NCBI GenBank assembly: GCA_964016885.1
Contig: OZ024743.1
Coordinates: 302,746,001-302,810,000 of the forward strand
From: Eledone cirrhosa
Lineage: Eukaryota
DNA: 64,000 bases
Reading direction: 5' to 3'
Part shown: positions 31,604 through 44,512 of the stretch, one piece after another
How positions within the stretch are numbered: position 1 is the stretch's first letter
Layout of the letters: each line of letters starts with the position of its first letter
Made by a program: the position numbers and the translations under genes
Notes under the pieces: generated by a model
Seen by the model: only the letters and a program-made list of their open reading frames with translations
What the model was told of the DNA's origin: nothing
Database searches by the model: none

Positions 31604-32704
31604 AGAACGATAAATTGATAGATATATACATATTTGTGTATATGACTTAGAGGTGACAATACCCATTGCAGTTACTGTCGTATCTTGCATATGTAATTAA
31701 GTGAGATAAATAACTAGATTCACTAAGGTTATGCAATCTATTAATATGGAAAATGATCGCTGTATTTCATTGTCATATAAAGTCAAGTATATCTATATCG
31801 ATATATTTGGTCATTATTCACTATGTATATTAGATGGATGTGGGTTTAACTCAAACTTGTAAAAACAATGCAGCCTAATGGACAGCAAAGAAGCAAATTC
31901 CACTCAGATATACATATTAAGAGTTATCAATATACATCGAAATGAAGGAGATGTGTCGACAGGAATTATGAATACTAAACGTAAGCCCCCTACATAAAAT
32001 ACCGCAGGGGAGGCTTCTACACGCATACTATAAATACAGTGGGTTGTCGTAAACGTAACTTGGTAAACTTGCTAGAATCGACCAGTTTTCATTCCGAAAG
32101 ATGTACAAGCCATTATAGCTGTTTGATTTTCATAAGTTTGCCTTTACATTATGACTCCTTGTAACTTTTATCAATACAATGTTATTGTATATATTATTTC
32201 TCTCTTTATATTTCTACTTATTATCGAACTTTTACTTTCATGCTGCCATTAACAAGTATTCTGAGTATAAAAGATTTCCGGTGGCAAAAATCTTTTAGTA
32301 GAAAATTGCTTCCGTTACAATATTTTATACAAGTAATTTTTTTATGATATTATTTTTCATTTTGATTTTCTTATTTTCTTATTTTCTCTACACAGCCCAT
32401 GAATTATGGATATTTTTTCTATTTATTTTCCATTTACTTTTCATTCTTTTCGTATATCGTTTCGAAAAATATCACTGCCTGTGGATTGCTGCCAATATTC
32501 CATTTTTTTTATTCCGTGTACTTGGCAAGATCAGGTTGGATAGATCAAGGAATTTGGCTTCTTCAAAATGGCTAGTGGCAACATTTACAAAGAAGATATA
32601 TTATAATTGGAAATCACTTTTACAATAAAATTACGTTATAGTTTGTGCAAGTTAAGGCTTATTATTATTATTACACTTATTATTATCATTATTATTATGA
32701 TTAT

Positions 32705-34075
32705 TGTTCTTTGAGTCTCGGTCATTGATGTTATTTAACTGGAAATGTTGTTGAAATGAATATCAAGCCACTACCTGCAGCCTCATATATTTAGGACGTA
32801 TCGGAGAATTCTTGCTGTTACCAGCAAGCATGCCTTTTGAAGTGTTCCAAAAAGCGGGGCGGGACCAATTTTCTTTAACTATCCTTGGAAACTCTTTGAG
32901 ATAGTACCTTGTGCGCCTATGATAATCGGGACCACTTTGACCTCATGGCACTTCCAAATCCTTTTTACCTCCCACTTTAAATCCTGACATCGGTTAATTT
33001 TCTCCCTCTCCTTCTCTTGCACTCTCGTGTCAAATGGGCAGGCAACATCCACAATCAATCAGTCACGATCTTTTTCCCTTGTCCAAAACCACCAGGTCAG
33101 GTCTATTGTGTTCCAGTTTCTTGTCCGTCTGTATCCTAAAATCCCACAACACCTTCACCTGATCCATTTCTATTCCCGACTCTGGCTTATGCTCTTACCA
33201 CTTCTCAGAATGTGGTAAATTGTTTACTTTGCATAGGTGCCAGTGGATCACCCTGCCCATCACATCATGTCTCCAGCCTTTATAGTGAGTCTGGGCTAGG
33301 TGTTTACACTCGGATACAATGTGAGCCACAGTCTCCTCTCTCTCTCCACATATCCTACACAGTGGGCTAGCCTCTTCCTTGTAAATATGGTGTTTCAGCC
33401 ACTTCGTTTTGATGGCCTGCTCTTGCGGAGACATTAGCATTCCTTCTGTAGCCTTTTTAAGGTCATCTCTTATCAAGCAGCTCCATGTCTGTGGATCTCT
33501 AAATTCAGTTTTCTCAAAGAAGGTACTATGAAGGGATTTATCATAAAGGTTGCTTTTTTCTCCTTGTTGTTATTTCCTCCTTGGACATCCCCTGGTCTAT
33601 TGTCCTCTTCTCCAGTACAATTATGAGCATTGGCTCTCTACTATTAGTCACGTTTTGTGTAGGTTGTTTTACTCCATCTGAACACAGTGCTCTATGCTGA
33701 TAAGACCTCTTCCACCTTCAGATCTCCTTAAGTAGAGTCTATCGACATCACTCCTCTTGTGGAACATGTTGTAGAGAGTCAATAGCTTCATAGTCTTCCT
33801 ATCTATTTCTTTTTATTCAGCAACATTCCATCTCAGAATTCCCGCACTGTACCTAATAATAGACACAACTCGGGAATTCACTGCACTTATGGCATTCCTA
33901 CTGTTCAGATGTGACTTTAATACGCTTCTTACTATCCAATGTATTCATATCTTATCCATTCCTTCATTTTTTTGTTCTCGGTGTCATCAGCCTCCAGAAC
34001 ACCTAAATATTTGTATTCTTCATCAGTATCAATTTACTTTATCATCTCACCTGTTCGTACTTGGTTTCCGTTGCT
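32705..34075 (-). mobile_element. R4/Dong-like family B, older diverged 5'-truncated copy (B0)
   Basis: DLKKATEGMLM..QEQAIKT...CRICGEREETVAHIVSEC; homologous to 53115-54490 with many indels; (TTA)n on both sides. Confidence 0.9.
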
Positions 34076-34103
34076 ATTATTATTGTTATTATTATTATTA
34101 TAG

Positions 34104-34735
34104 TTGCATTTATCTTGCTTTATGTTCATACGATTTATCACCAAGCCACAACCAGTGACCTCAAGGGACAACAAGGTCCGCCATGTTCAAGAAAGAACAT
34201 ACATATACACACACATGCATCTTTGGGTGTTTAGACTTGTGATGTACTTATATTGACAGAATCCTCCTTAGATTCTGGGCAGTTCCCATTAGTACTATCT
34301 TTTGTATTTCTCCTATACGCGGGTTTCCTGGGATTAGCGATACGTAATCATTAGACCTCTTGGGTATCATTCCTAGAGCGCCTACAACCACTAGTATTGT
34401 TCTAGGTCTCAATTTCCACATTTTTCCAATGTCTCTCTCCAGGTCCTCATACTTGCTCAATTTTTCAAATGTTTTTATAAATATATTCTTGTCTATTGGA
34501 ACGGACATATCAATTAGCAGCCATACCTTCTTGTTAAAGTCCTTCAGTATTATATCAGGTATATTTGCATCTATTTTTTGGTCTGTTTGGATGCTAATGT
34601 TCCACAAGATTGAGATGTGATCTTTTTCAAGTATGGGAGGTGGTTGATGCTCACATCAATTCTTTTGATGGGGCAGGTCAAAATGCTTACACATTATCCA
34701 ATGTATGTATTGTGGAGCTCTGTCATGCCTGTTTA
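34104..34735 (-). mobile_element. R4/Dong-like family A, 3' fragment (A1)
   Basis: RLE domain DANIPDIILKD..LIDMSVP..EKLSKYEDL; 3' UTR shared with A3/A4. Confidence 0.9.
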
Positions 34736-34748
34736 TTATTATTATTAT

Positions 34749-35165
34749 TTGCATTTATCTTGCTTTATGTTCATACGAGTTATCACCAAGTCACAACCAG
34801 TGACCTCAAGAGACAGCCAGGCCCGCCATGTTCAAGAAAGAACATATATACAGACACATGCATCTTTACGTGTTTAGACTTGTCATCTACTTATATTGAC
34901 AGAATCTTCCTTAGTATATGGGCAGTTCCCATTAGTACTATATTTTCTATTTCTCCTATACGCGGGTTTCCTGAGATTTGCGATAAGTAATGCATTAGAA
35001 CCCTCAACCACTGGTTCTTAATTTCCACATTTTTCAAATTTCCATCTCCAGGTCCTTATACATGCTCAATGTTTCAAATGTTTTTTATAGATAGATTCTT
35101 GTCTATTTGAACGGAGATATCAATTAGCAGGCATACCCTCTTTTTAAAGTCCTTCAGTATTATAT
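34749..35165 (-). mobile_element. R4/Dong-like family A, short 3' fragment with internal deletions (A2)
   Basis: Same 3' UTR tgcatttatcttgctt... plus partial RLE coding sequence; TTA-flanked. Confidence 0.88.
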
Positions 35166-35191
35166 TATTATTATTATTATTATCATTATTA

Positions 35192-38100
35192 TTTGCATTT
35201 ATCTTGCTTTATGTTTATACGAGTTATCACCAAGTCACAACCAGTGACCTCAAGAGACAACAAGGTCCGCCATGTTCAAGAAAGAACATACATATTCACA
35301 CATGCATCCTTAGTGTTTAGACTTGTGATGTACTTATATTGACAGGATCTTCCATAGTAAATGGGCAGTTCCCATTAGTACTATCTTTTGTATCTCTCCT
35401 ATACGCGGGTTTCCTGGGATTTGCGATAAGTAGTCGTTAGACCCCTTAGGTATCATTCCCAGAGCGCCTACAACCACTGGTATTGTTTTAGTTCTCAATT
35501 TCCACATTTTTCCAATTTCTATCTCCAGGTCCTTATACTTGCTCAATTTTTCAAATGTTTTTATAGATACATTCTTGTCTATTGGAACAGACATATCAAT
35601 TAGCAGGCATACCCTCCTGTGAAAGTCCTTCAACATTATATCAGGTCTATTTGCATCTATTTTTCGGTCTGTTTGGATGCTAAAGTTCCACAAGATTGAG
35701 ATGTGATCTTTTTCAAGTATGGGAGGTGGTTGATGTTCCCACCAATTCTTTTGATGGGGCAGGTCAAAATGCTTACACATTATCCAATGTATGTATTGTG
35801 CAGCTCTGTCATGCCTGTTTAGGTATTCGGTTGGAGCTATAGGACTGCACGTTGAAATTATATGGTCATTGGTCTCTGGTTGTTTTTTGCATACACGGCA
35901 TAATGGGCTGCACCCATTTTTTATTATGTTGGCTTGGTAATTTTTTGTTGGCAGACACTGATCTTGTGCGGATATAATCAGTCCTTCAGTCTCCGATTTC
36001 AATCCAGAGGATGCCAACCACTGATGGGTTAAAATTTTGTCAACATCAGGATTGTTAGCTCGCTCTGGGTATTTTCCATACAGAGGCTTTTCTTGCCATT
36101 TCTTAGCCAGTTTCTGTAGCAGTTCTTTCTTTGCAGTTACTTTTACCTGCTTTGCTTTTTCTGTGTTTTCCATTTCAGCAGTAAATGGGACTTCTGAAAT
36201 TTGTAGTCCATTACTGTATCTTTGTGCATCTTTTGTAATGGAATATGATCTTTTGGTGTTTTCGTGTTTCAAAACGAGTTTGATCATTCAATCATGTGAT
36301 TCCCTTAGATATGTGGATAATCCAATTGTTGCAGTTTTCAACGCAATGTCTAACTGGATTAACCCACGTCCTCCTTCTTTCCTAGGGAGATATATTCCAT
36401 CTATGTCTGCCTTAGGGTGATGCATTCTGTGCATGGTTAAGAATTTTCTGTTTTTTGTATCGAGCCTACGGATCTCTGTGCTTGACCAGTTGATGACATT
36501 GTAACTGTAGGTTACTACTGGTATGGCAAGTGTGTTTATGGCATCGATCCTATTCCTTGCATTCAATTCCGTTCTTAAGATTGCTCTGACTCTGCGGTAA
36601 CATTCCTTCCTTATCCTTTCCCTCATTGTCGAGTGCTTGATTCCGTCTCCTTCACAAACACCTAGATATTTGTAAGTTTTTTCTTGATCAAGCTCTCTTA
36701 TCACGTTCCCCCGATCAAGATTAATGTCTGAACTCTTCAGCAGCTTTCCTCTGGTGAACGTTGCTTTGGCGCATTTATCCAGTCCAAACACAATTTTAAT
36801 GTCATCACTGAACTGCTTCACAGTGGACAATAGCCCTTGTAATTGTTCATCATTCTTTGCAAATAGTTTCAGGTCATCCATGTAGAACAGGTGATTAATG
36901 GTTTTGTCATAGACTCTATATCCATGTTTTGTTTCATTGAGCATTTTACTTAATGGTATAAGTGCGATGCAGAATAAAAGCGGTGATAAAGAGTCACCCT
37001 GAAAAATTCCACAATTAATGTTAACTTCTCCAGCTTCCAGTGATTTTGTTTCACTATTCAAAAGGAGTGTCGTTCTCCATGTCCTCATACTGAATGACAA
37101 AAACCTCCTGACAACGGGGGATATTTTGAAAATCTCTAAACATTTTTCAATCCAACTGTGTGGCAAACTATCGAATGCTTTTTTATAATCTATCCAAGCA
37201 ATGGATAGATTTTTGTGTCTATTATGACAATCTTCCAGTATCATTTTGTTAACCAGAAGCTGATCCTTACAGCCATATGAGCCTCGTTTACACCCTTTCT
37301 GCTCAATGGGAAATAGGTCATTTGTTATCAGGTGGTCATATGTGTATTCAGTTAGGACTGATGTTAAAATGTTATACATTGTGGTCAAGCAGGTTATCGG
37401 TCTGTAATTTTTGGGATTGTTTGTCTCATCATTCTTCGGTAGCAGGATTGTAATGCCGTTAACTAGCCATGATGGTATCTTTTCTGGCTCCTTAACTAGT
37501 TCATTGTAAAGTTGGGCTAACAGCTCATGAGACTCTGTGAAGGCATTTATCCAAAAGTTTTGTATTTTGTCTTTTCCTGGAGATTTCCATTTGCTGGTTT
37601 TTCTTAGAGCCAAGCGCAGCTGTTCAACTGTTATATTTTCCCATGTTTGTTCTTCAAGGTGAGCTGTTTCTTTCATTTGTCTGTCTATCCATGGGGCATG
37701 TATGTTATGAACTTTTTTTTCGGCCCAGATCTTTTCCCAGAATTCTTGCACTTCCTCCGTGGGTGGTATTGATTTAGCAGTTATTGTTGACTTACCAATT
37801 TTTCTGTAGAATTTTCTTTGGTTGTTTTTGAACATATTACTGTCCTTATAGAATCTAGATCGTTTTTCAAAGCGCCTTATACGAGCAGCTTTGGCCGACA
37901 CTTTTTGCTTGATTGTTTCTATCAGCATGTCTATGTCACATGTTGATCTTATACTGTACTTTTTTTTCAATTTTCTAAGTTTAGTTTGTTTAACATGTTC
38001 ACCTACTTTATAGTTTGTTAAAATTTCTATGTCAGATCGGAGAATGTTTATTTGGCGATTGATGTTATCTTGCCAAGTAGATTTCTCGTGGGAATCCCTT

Positions 38101-40101
38101 TGTTTTTTCATCTTCACTCCACATAATTGAGTGGTGACTTTAGCCGATGCATAATAGAGATGATTTAAGTCAGTAATGTTTAGTTTGTTTGTGATGATAA
38201 TGTTTTTGAGAATTATGTTAGTCTTGTGTATTATCTTTTGGTTCAGTTTGGAGTTCTGGATCTTAGGGAGGGTGTCTCGTTGCCCCATGTCAGATTCTTT
38301 CATTTTCATCCATTCGATCATAATTTCATCCTTCAAGTTGGCAAGTTCATTCTCATTCATTTCTTTATCATTTACGATCTCATTATTTTCATTTGGAGTT
38401 TCATCCTGAGCATGCACTCCCTCCACTTTTTCGCTCCTTTCTTTAATTTGTTCTGTTGCCAGTGATTCCGCCCCAACCCTGGGATTCGAAGTGTTACAGT
38501 TTACCTCGTTTTCACTGACACATGCTTCATTTTCCCTTCGCTGACTTTGTGCTACTAGCTTGATCTGATCAATTTCTATATCAGTTAGTAACTTTTTTCT
38601 TACAATATTTCTTCGTATATTGGCTAGTTTGTTACTGTCAATATAGCCTCTGTTTTCGGGATGTTTCTTTTTCCAGTTGATATATGTTTGTTCTGTATTC
38701 GATGTATTTGATGGGTAGTACATGGTAGCGTATAAAGACTCAAGGACATCTTTATTATCTTCCCTTGACCATTTTTCTCTCTTTTTCTTTGGATTTCTTG
38801 GTGGTGAGCATGGAGGGCCAACAGTAGGAGTATTCCGGTTATGGGAGGTCTCCAGCTCCGAAGTGATGGGAAGGTTTGAACCATTAGCTGATTTTTCGAC
38901 CCCAGTCTGGTTCCTCTCCGAGGGACGCGGCCCTTTTTTACCCGGGTGACGGCCGATCCGGTATGAGATTTTATCATTAGACATTTACTTTATTTTGTCG
39001 CGTTTTATCCTTATCCGCCAAGGGGTAATCATTTCGTGTTACCACTTCTAGAACGAGTGTCAACCAAGACTAGAGGGGTCGTCCTCCCCTAGAGACATGG
39101 CTATTCCCCGCCGGCCGCCATCCCGGTATTTCTTGGTCACGGGGTTTTCTTTTTGTTGTTTTTTTTTAAATTGTTATTATCATGAGTGGTTCCTTAATGT
39201 GAGCATTGTGTGGCTTAAGAATGAAATTATTAATAATTGTCTCCACTCCAGGCACAAGGCCAGCAATCACCTAGTGCATTACAATAATATAATATACTTT
39301 TTGTTGTAGTTGGCTGTTATTGTTGTTGGCTATGTCGGTGGTGGTGCCGGGGCTTTTTATATCGTTGGTGAGGAAGGGGTGAGCCAGCAGTCCCATAACT
39401 GTTGACGTAGACGTTTGGCCGTGGCAAGGTCACCAAGTCAATCTATTTATATCTTTTGCTAGCCTCTCTCTTGTCTAGTGCTACCGCCACCTTCCCTTTT
39501 CTCTCTCAAGTTAACAGGGGAATAGTGTCAGTAGCATTGAATGAGTGGTGGCGGCGATGATGGATGTGGTGGGGTGGTGGCAGCGGTGGAGTTGTGGTTA
39601 CTGATATAGTATCTATGAGTTTGTGTTCGTATGTTTAATATATATTTTTTATTATATTTTGTGTTGACATATTCCCGTAAAATTTGAATTAAACATTTTT
39701 TAAAATTTGAGACAATAATAATAGTAATTATTATTATGATGCCGGTGAAATTGCCGTTATCTGGCTGTTATATTTAGTGTGATGGGATAGGTAGTGTATC
39801 AAGTTTCTGGTGTTGGTGAAATTGAAATTGCTGCTGTTCTATATAGTGTAGACAGAGGGTGTTTTGTTCCATTTATAACCATTTTCTTTTTTTTGAATAC
39901 AAAATATATAATACAAAATTGAATATTTGAGCGATACAACAATATAATATGGATCCGAAACTTTATGGGACCTCATTCGGTGCCTTTATGCAACATTTGT
40001 GCTAAGAATTGCTCTTTCACAATTGATTTAAATATGTTAAAAATCAAAAAACTTACGGGAGCATTTTCGTGACGTTCTACCACCTCGTGCGTCTTCTTCC
40101 C
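35192..40101 (-). mobile_element. R4/Dong-like family A, apparently full-length (~4.9 kb) copy (A3)
   Basis: ~1.1-kb 5' leader, single long ORF, short 3' UTR, (TAA)n at both ends. Confidence 0.95.
35334..38984 (-). pseudogene. R4-clade ORF (~1216 codons): Myb-like N-terminus, RT, CCHC knuckle, restriction-like endonuclease; one in-frame stop at 36288-36290
   Basis: KWSREDNK, KSPGKD, NYRPITCL, WIDYKKAFDS, GIFQGDSLSP, FYMDDLK, CRVC..ET..HIISTC, RPD..D..K..KY; TGA where A4 has TGG. Confidence 0.95.
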
Positions 40102-40126
40102 TTATTATTATTATTATTATTATTAT

Positions 40127-43100
40127 TTGCATTTATCTTGCTTTATGTTTATACGAGTTATCACCAAGTCACAACCAGTGACCTCAAGAGACAACAAGGT
40201 CCGCCATGTTCAAGAAAGAACATACATATTCACACATGCATCCTTAGTGTTTAGACTTGTGATGTACTTATATTGACAGGATCTTCCTTAGTATATGGGC
40301 AGTTCCCACTAGTACTATCTTTTGTATTTCTCCTATACGCGGGTTTCCTGGGATTTGAGATAAGTAGCCGTTAGACCCCTTAGGTATCATTCCCAGAGCG
40401 CCTACAACCACTGGTATTGTTTTAATTCTCAATTTCCACATTTTTCCAATTTCTATCTCCAGGTCCTTATACTTGCTCAATTTTTCAAATGTTTTTATAG
40501 ATACATTCTTGTCTATTGGAACAGACATATCAATTAGCAGGCATACCCTCCTTTTAAAGTCCTTCAATATTATATCAGGTCTATTTGCATCTATTTTTCG
40601 GTCTGTTTGGATGCTAAAGTTCCACAAGATTGAGATGTGATCTTTTTCAAGTATGGGAGGTGGTTGATGTTCCCACCAATTCTTTTGATGGGGCAGGTCA
40701 AAATGCTTACACATTATCCAATGTATGTATTGTGCAGCTCTGTCATGCCTGTTTAGGTATTCGGTTGGAGCTATAGGACTGCACATTGAAATTATATGGT
40801 CAATGGTCTCTGGTTGTTTTTTGCATACACGGCATAATGTGCTGCACCCATTTTTTATTATGTTGGCTTGGTAATTTTTTGTTGGCAGACACTGATCTTG
40901 TGCTGATATAATCAGTCCTTCAGTCTCCGATTTCAATCCAGAGTATGCCAACCACTGATGGGTTAAAGTTTTGTCAACATCAGGATTGTTATCTCGCTCC
41001 GGGTATTTTCCATTCAGAGGCTTTTCTTGCCATTTCTTAGCCAGTTTCTGTAGCAGTTCTTTCTTTGCAGTTACTTTTACCTGCTTTGCTTTTTCTGTGT
41101 TTTCCATTTCAGCAGTAAATGGGACTTCTGAAATTTGTAGTCCATTGCTGTATCTTTGTGCATCTTTTGTAATGGAATATGATCTTTTGGTGCTTTCGTG
41201 TTTCAAAACGAGTTTGATCATCCAATCACGTGATTCCCTTAGATATGTGGATAATCCAATTGTTGCAGTTTTCAACGCAATGTCTAACTGGATTAACCCA
41301 CGTCCTCCTTCTTTCCTAGGGAGATATATTCTATCTATGTCTGCCTTAGGGTGATGCATTCTGTGCATGGTTAAGAATTTTCGGATTTTTGTATCGAGCC
41401 TACGGATCTCTGTGCTTGACCAGTTGATGACATTGTAACTGTAGGTTACTACTGGTATGGCAAGCGTGTTTATGGCATCGATCCTATTCCTTGCATTCAA
41501 TTCCGTTCTTAAGATTGCTCTGACTCTGCGGTAACATTCCTTCCTTATCCTTTCCCTCATTGTCGAGTGCTTGATTCCGTCTCCTTCACAAACACCTAGA
41601 TATTTGTAAGTTTGTTCTTGATCAAGCTCTCTTATCACGTTCCCCGATCAAGATTAATGTCTGAACTCTTCAGCAGCTTTCCTCAGGTGAACGTTGCTTT
41701 GGCGCATTTATCCAGTCCAAACTCCATTTTAATGTCATCTCTGAACTGCTTCACAGTGGATAATAGCCCTTGCAATTGTTCATCATTTTTTGCAAATAGT
41801 TTCAGGTCATCCATGTAGAACAGGTGATTAATGGTTTTGTCATAGACTCTATATCCATGTTTTGTTTCATTGAGCATTTTACTTAATGGTATAAGTGCGA
41901 TGCAGAATAAAAGCGGTGATAAAGTGTCACCCTGAAAAATTCCACAATTAATGTTAACTTCTCCAGCTTCCAGTGATTTTGTTTCACTATTCAAAAGGAG
42001 TGTCGTTCTCCATGTCCTCATACTGAATGACAAAAACCTCCTGACAACGGGGGATATTTTGAAAATCTCTAAACATTTTTCAATCCAACTGTGTGGCAAA
42101 CTATCAAATGCTTTTTTATAATCTATCCAAGCAATGGATAGATTTTTGTGTCTATTATGACAATCTTCCAGTATCATTTTGTTAACCAGAAGCTGATCCT
42201 TACAGCCATATGAGCCTCGTTTACACCCTTTCTGCTCAATGGGAAATAGGTCATTTGTTATCAGGTGGTCATATGTGTATTCAGTTAGGACTGATGTTAA
42301 AATGTTATACATTGTGGTCAAGCAGGTTATCGGTCTGTAATTTTTGGGATTGTTTGTCTCATCATTCTTCGGTAGCAGGAATGTAATGCCGTTAACTAGC
42401 CATGATGGTATCTTTTCTGGCTCCTTAACTATTTCATTGTAAAGTTGGGCTAACAGCTCATGAGACTCTGTGAAGGCATTTATCCAAAAGTTTTGTATTT
42501 TGTCTTTTCCTGGGGATTTCCATTTGCTGGTTTTTCTTAGAGCCAAGCGCAGCTGTTCAACTGTTATATTTTCCCATGTTTGTTCTTCAAGGTGAGCTGT
42601 TTCTTTCATTTGTCTGTCTATCCATGGGGCATGTATGTTATGAACTTTTTCTTCGGCCCAGATCTTTTCCCAGAATTCTTGCACTTCCTCCTTGGGTGGT
42701 ATTGATTTAGCAGTTATTGTTGACTTACCAATTTTTCTGTAGAAGTTTCTTTGGTTGTTTTTGAACATATTATTGTCCGTATAGAATCTAGATCGTTTTT
42801 CAAAGCGCCTTATACGAGCAGCTTTGGCCGACACTTTTTGCTTGATTGTTTCTATCAGCATGTCTATGTCACATGTTGATCTTATACTGTACTTTTTTTT
42901 CAATTTTCTAAGTTTAGTTTGTTTAACATGTTCACCTACTTTATAGTTTGTTAAAATTTCTATGTCAGATCGGAGAATGTTTATCTGGCGATTGATGTTA
43001 TCTTGCCAAGTAGATTTCTCGTGGGAATCCCTTTGTTTTTTCATCTTCACTCCACATAATTGAGTGGTGACTTTAGCCGATGCATAATAGAGATGATTTA

Positions 43101-43961
43101 AGTCAGTAATGTTTAGTTTGTTTGTGATGATAATGTTTTTGAGAATTATGTTAGTCTTGTGTATTATCTTTTGGTTCAGTTTGGAGTTCTGGATCTTAGG
43201 GAGGGTGTCTCGTTCCCCCATGTCAGATACTTTCATTTTCATCCATTCGATCATAATTTCATCCTTCAAGTTGGCAAGTTCATTCTCATTCATTTCTTTA
43301 TCATTTACGATCTCATTATTTTCATTTGGAGTTTCATCCTGAGCATGCACTCCCTCCACTTTTTCGCTCCTTTCTTTAATTTGTTCTGTTGCCAGTGATT
43401 CCGCCCCAACCCTGGGATTCGAAGTGTTACAGTTTACCTCGTTTTCACTGACACATGCTTCATTTTCCCTTCGCAGACTTTGTGCTACTAGCTTGATCTA
43501 ATCAATTTCTATATCAGTTAGTAACTTTTTTCTTACAATATTTCTTCGTATATTGGCTAGTTTGTTACTGTCAATATAGCCTCTGTTTTCGGGATGTTTC
43601 TTTTTCCAGTTGATATATGTTTGTTCTGTATTCGATGTATTTGATGGGTAGTACATGGCAGTGTAGAAAGCCTCAAGGACTTCTTTATTATCTTCCCTTG
43701 ACCATTTTTCTCTCTTTTTCTTTGGATTTCTTGGTGGTGAGCATGGAGGGCCAACAGTAGGAGTATTCCGGTTATGGGAGGTCTCCAGCTCCGAAGTGAT
43801 GGGAAGGTTTGAACCATTAGCTGATTTTTCGACCCCAGTCTGGTTCCTCTCTGAGGGACGCGGCCCTTTTTTACCCGGGTGACGGCCGATCCGGTATGAG
43901 ATTTCATCATTAGACATCTACCTTATTTTGTCGCGTTTTATCCTTATCCGCCAAGGGGCAA

Positions 43962-43966
<5 letters not shown>
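40127..43966 (-). mobile_element. R4/Dong-like family A copy truncated in the 5' leader (A4)
   Basis: Near-identical to A3 from the 3' end to ~50 bp upstream of the ATG; TTA-flanked. Confidence 0.95.
40268..43917 (-). pseudogene. Family A RT-RLE ORF with stops at 43498 and 41683 and a 1-bp deletion at ~41643
   Basis: ORF pieces of 139, 558 and 456 aa are colinear with A3. Confidence 0.95.
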
Positions 43967-44002
<36 letters not shown>

Positions 44003-44439
44003 GTTGTTATTCCTTGAATCTCAGTCATTGATGTTGGTTAACTGGAAAGTCCGTTGGAATGAATATCAAGCCACTACCTGCAGCCTCAGATATTCAGGAC
44101 GTATCGGAGGGTTCTCGCTGTTCCAAGCAAGCATGCCTTTTGAAGCGTTCCAAAAAGCGTGAAGGGGCCGATTTTCTTTAACCATCCCTGGAAACTTTTG
44201 GAGATAGTCCCCAGTGCGCCTATGACAATCGGCATCACTTTGACTTCATGGCAGTTCCAAATCCTTTTCACCTCCCACTTTAGGTCCTGGTATCGGTTAA
44301 TTTTCTCCCTCTCCTTCTCTTGCACTCTCGTGTCGGACGGGCAGGCCACATCCACAATCAGACACGATCTTTTTTCTTTGTCCACAACCACCAGGTCAGG
44401 TCTATTGTGTTCCAATTTTTTGTCCGTCTGTATCCTAAA

Positions 44440-44441
<2 letters not shown>
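44003..44441 (-). mobile_element. R4/Dong-like family B, 3' fragment (B1)
   Basis: HNRPDLVVVD..VDVACP..EKINRYQDL..RYVLNI plus family B 3' UTR. Confidence 0.93.

Positions 44442-44509
<68 letters not shown>
44441..44509. repeat. (TTA)n spacer, longest of ~11 such tracts between array elements (others at ~32660, 34076, 34736, 35166, 40102, 43967, 47541, 53071, 56910, 61336)
   Basis: Direct reading. Confidence 0.95.
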
Positions 44510-44511
<2 letters not shown>

Positions 44512-44512
44512 A

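Noticed and set aside
35192-43966. A3/A4 (and B2/B3/B4) as products of simple tandem segmental duplication
   Set aside because: Copies have different 5' endpoints, spacer lengths and private lesions, which favours separate retrotransposition events.
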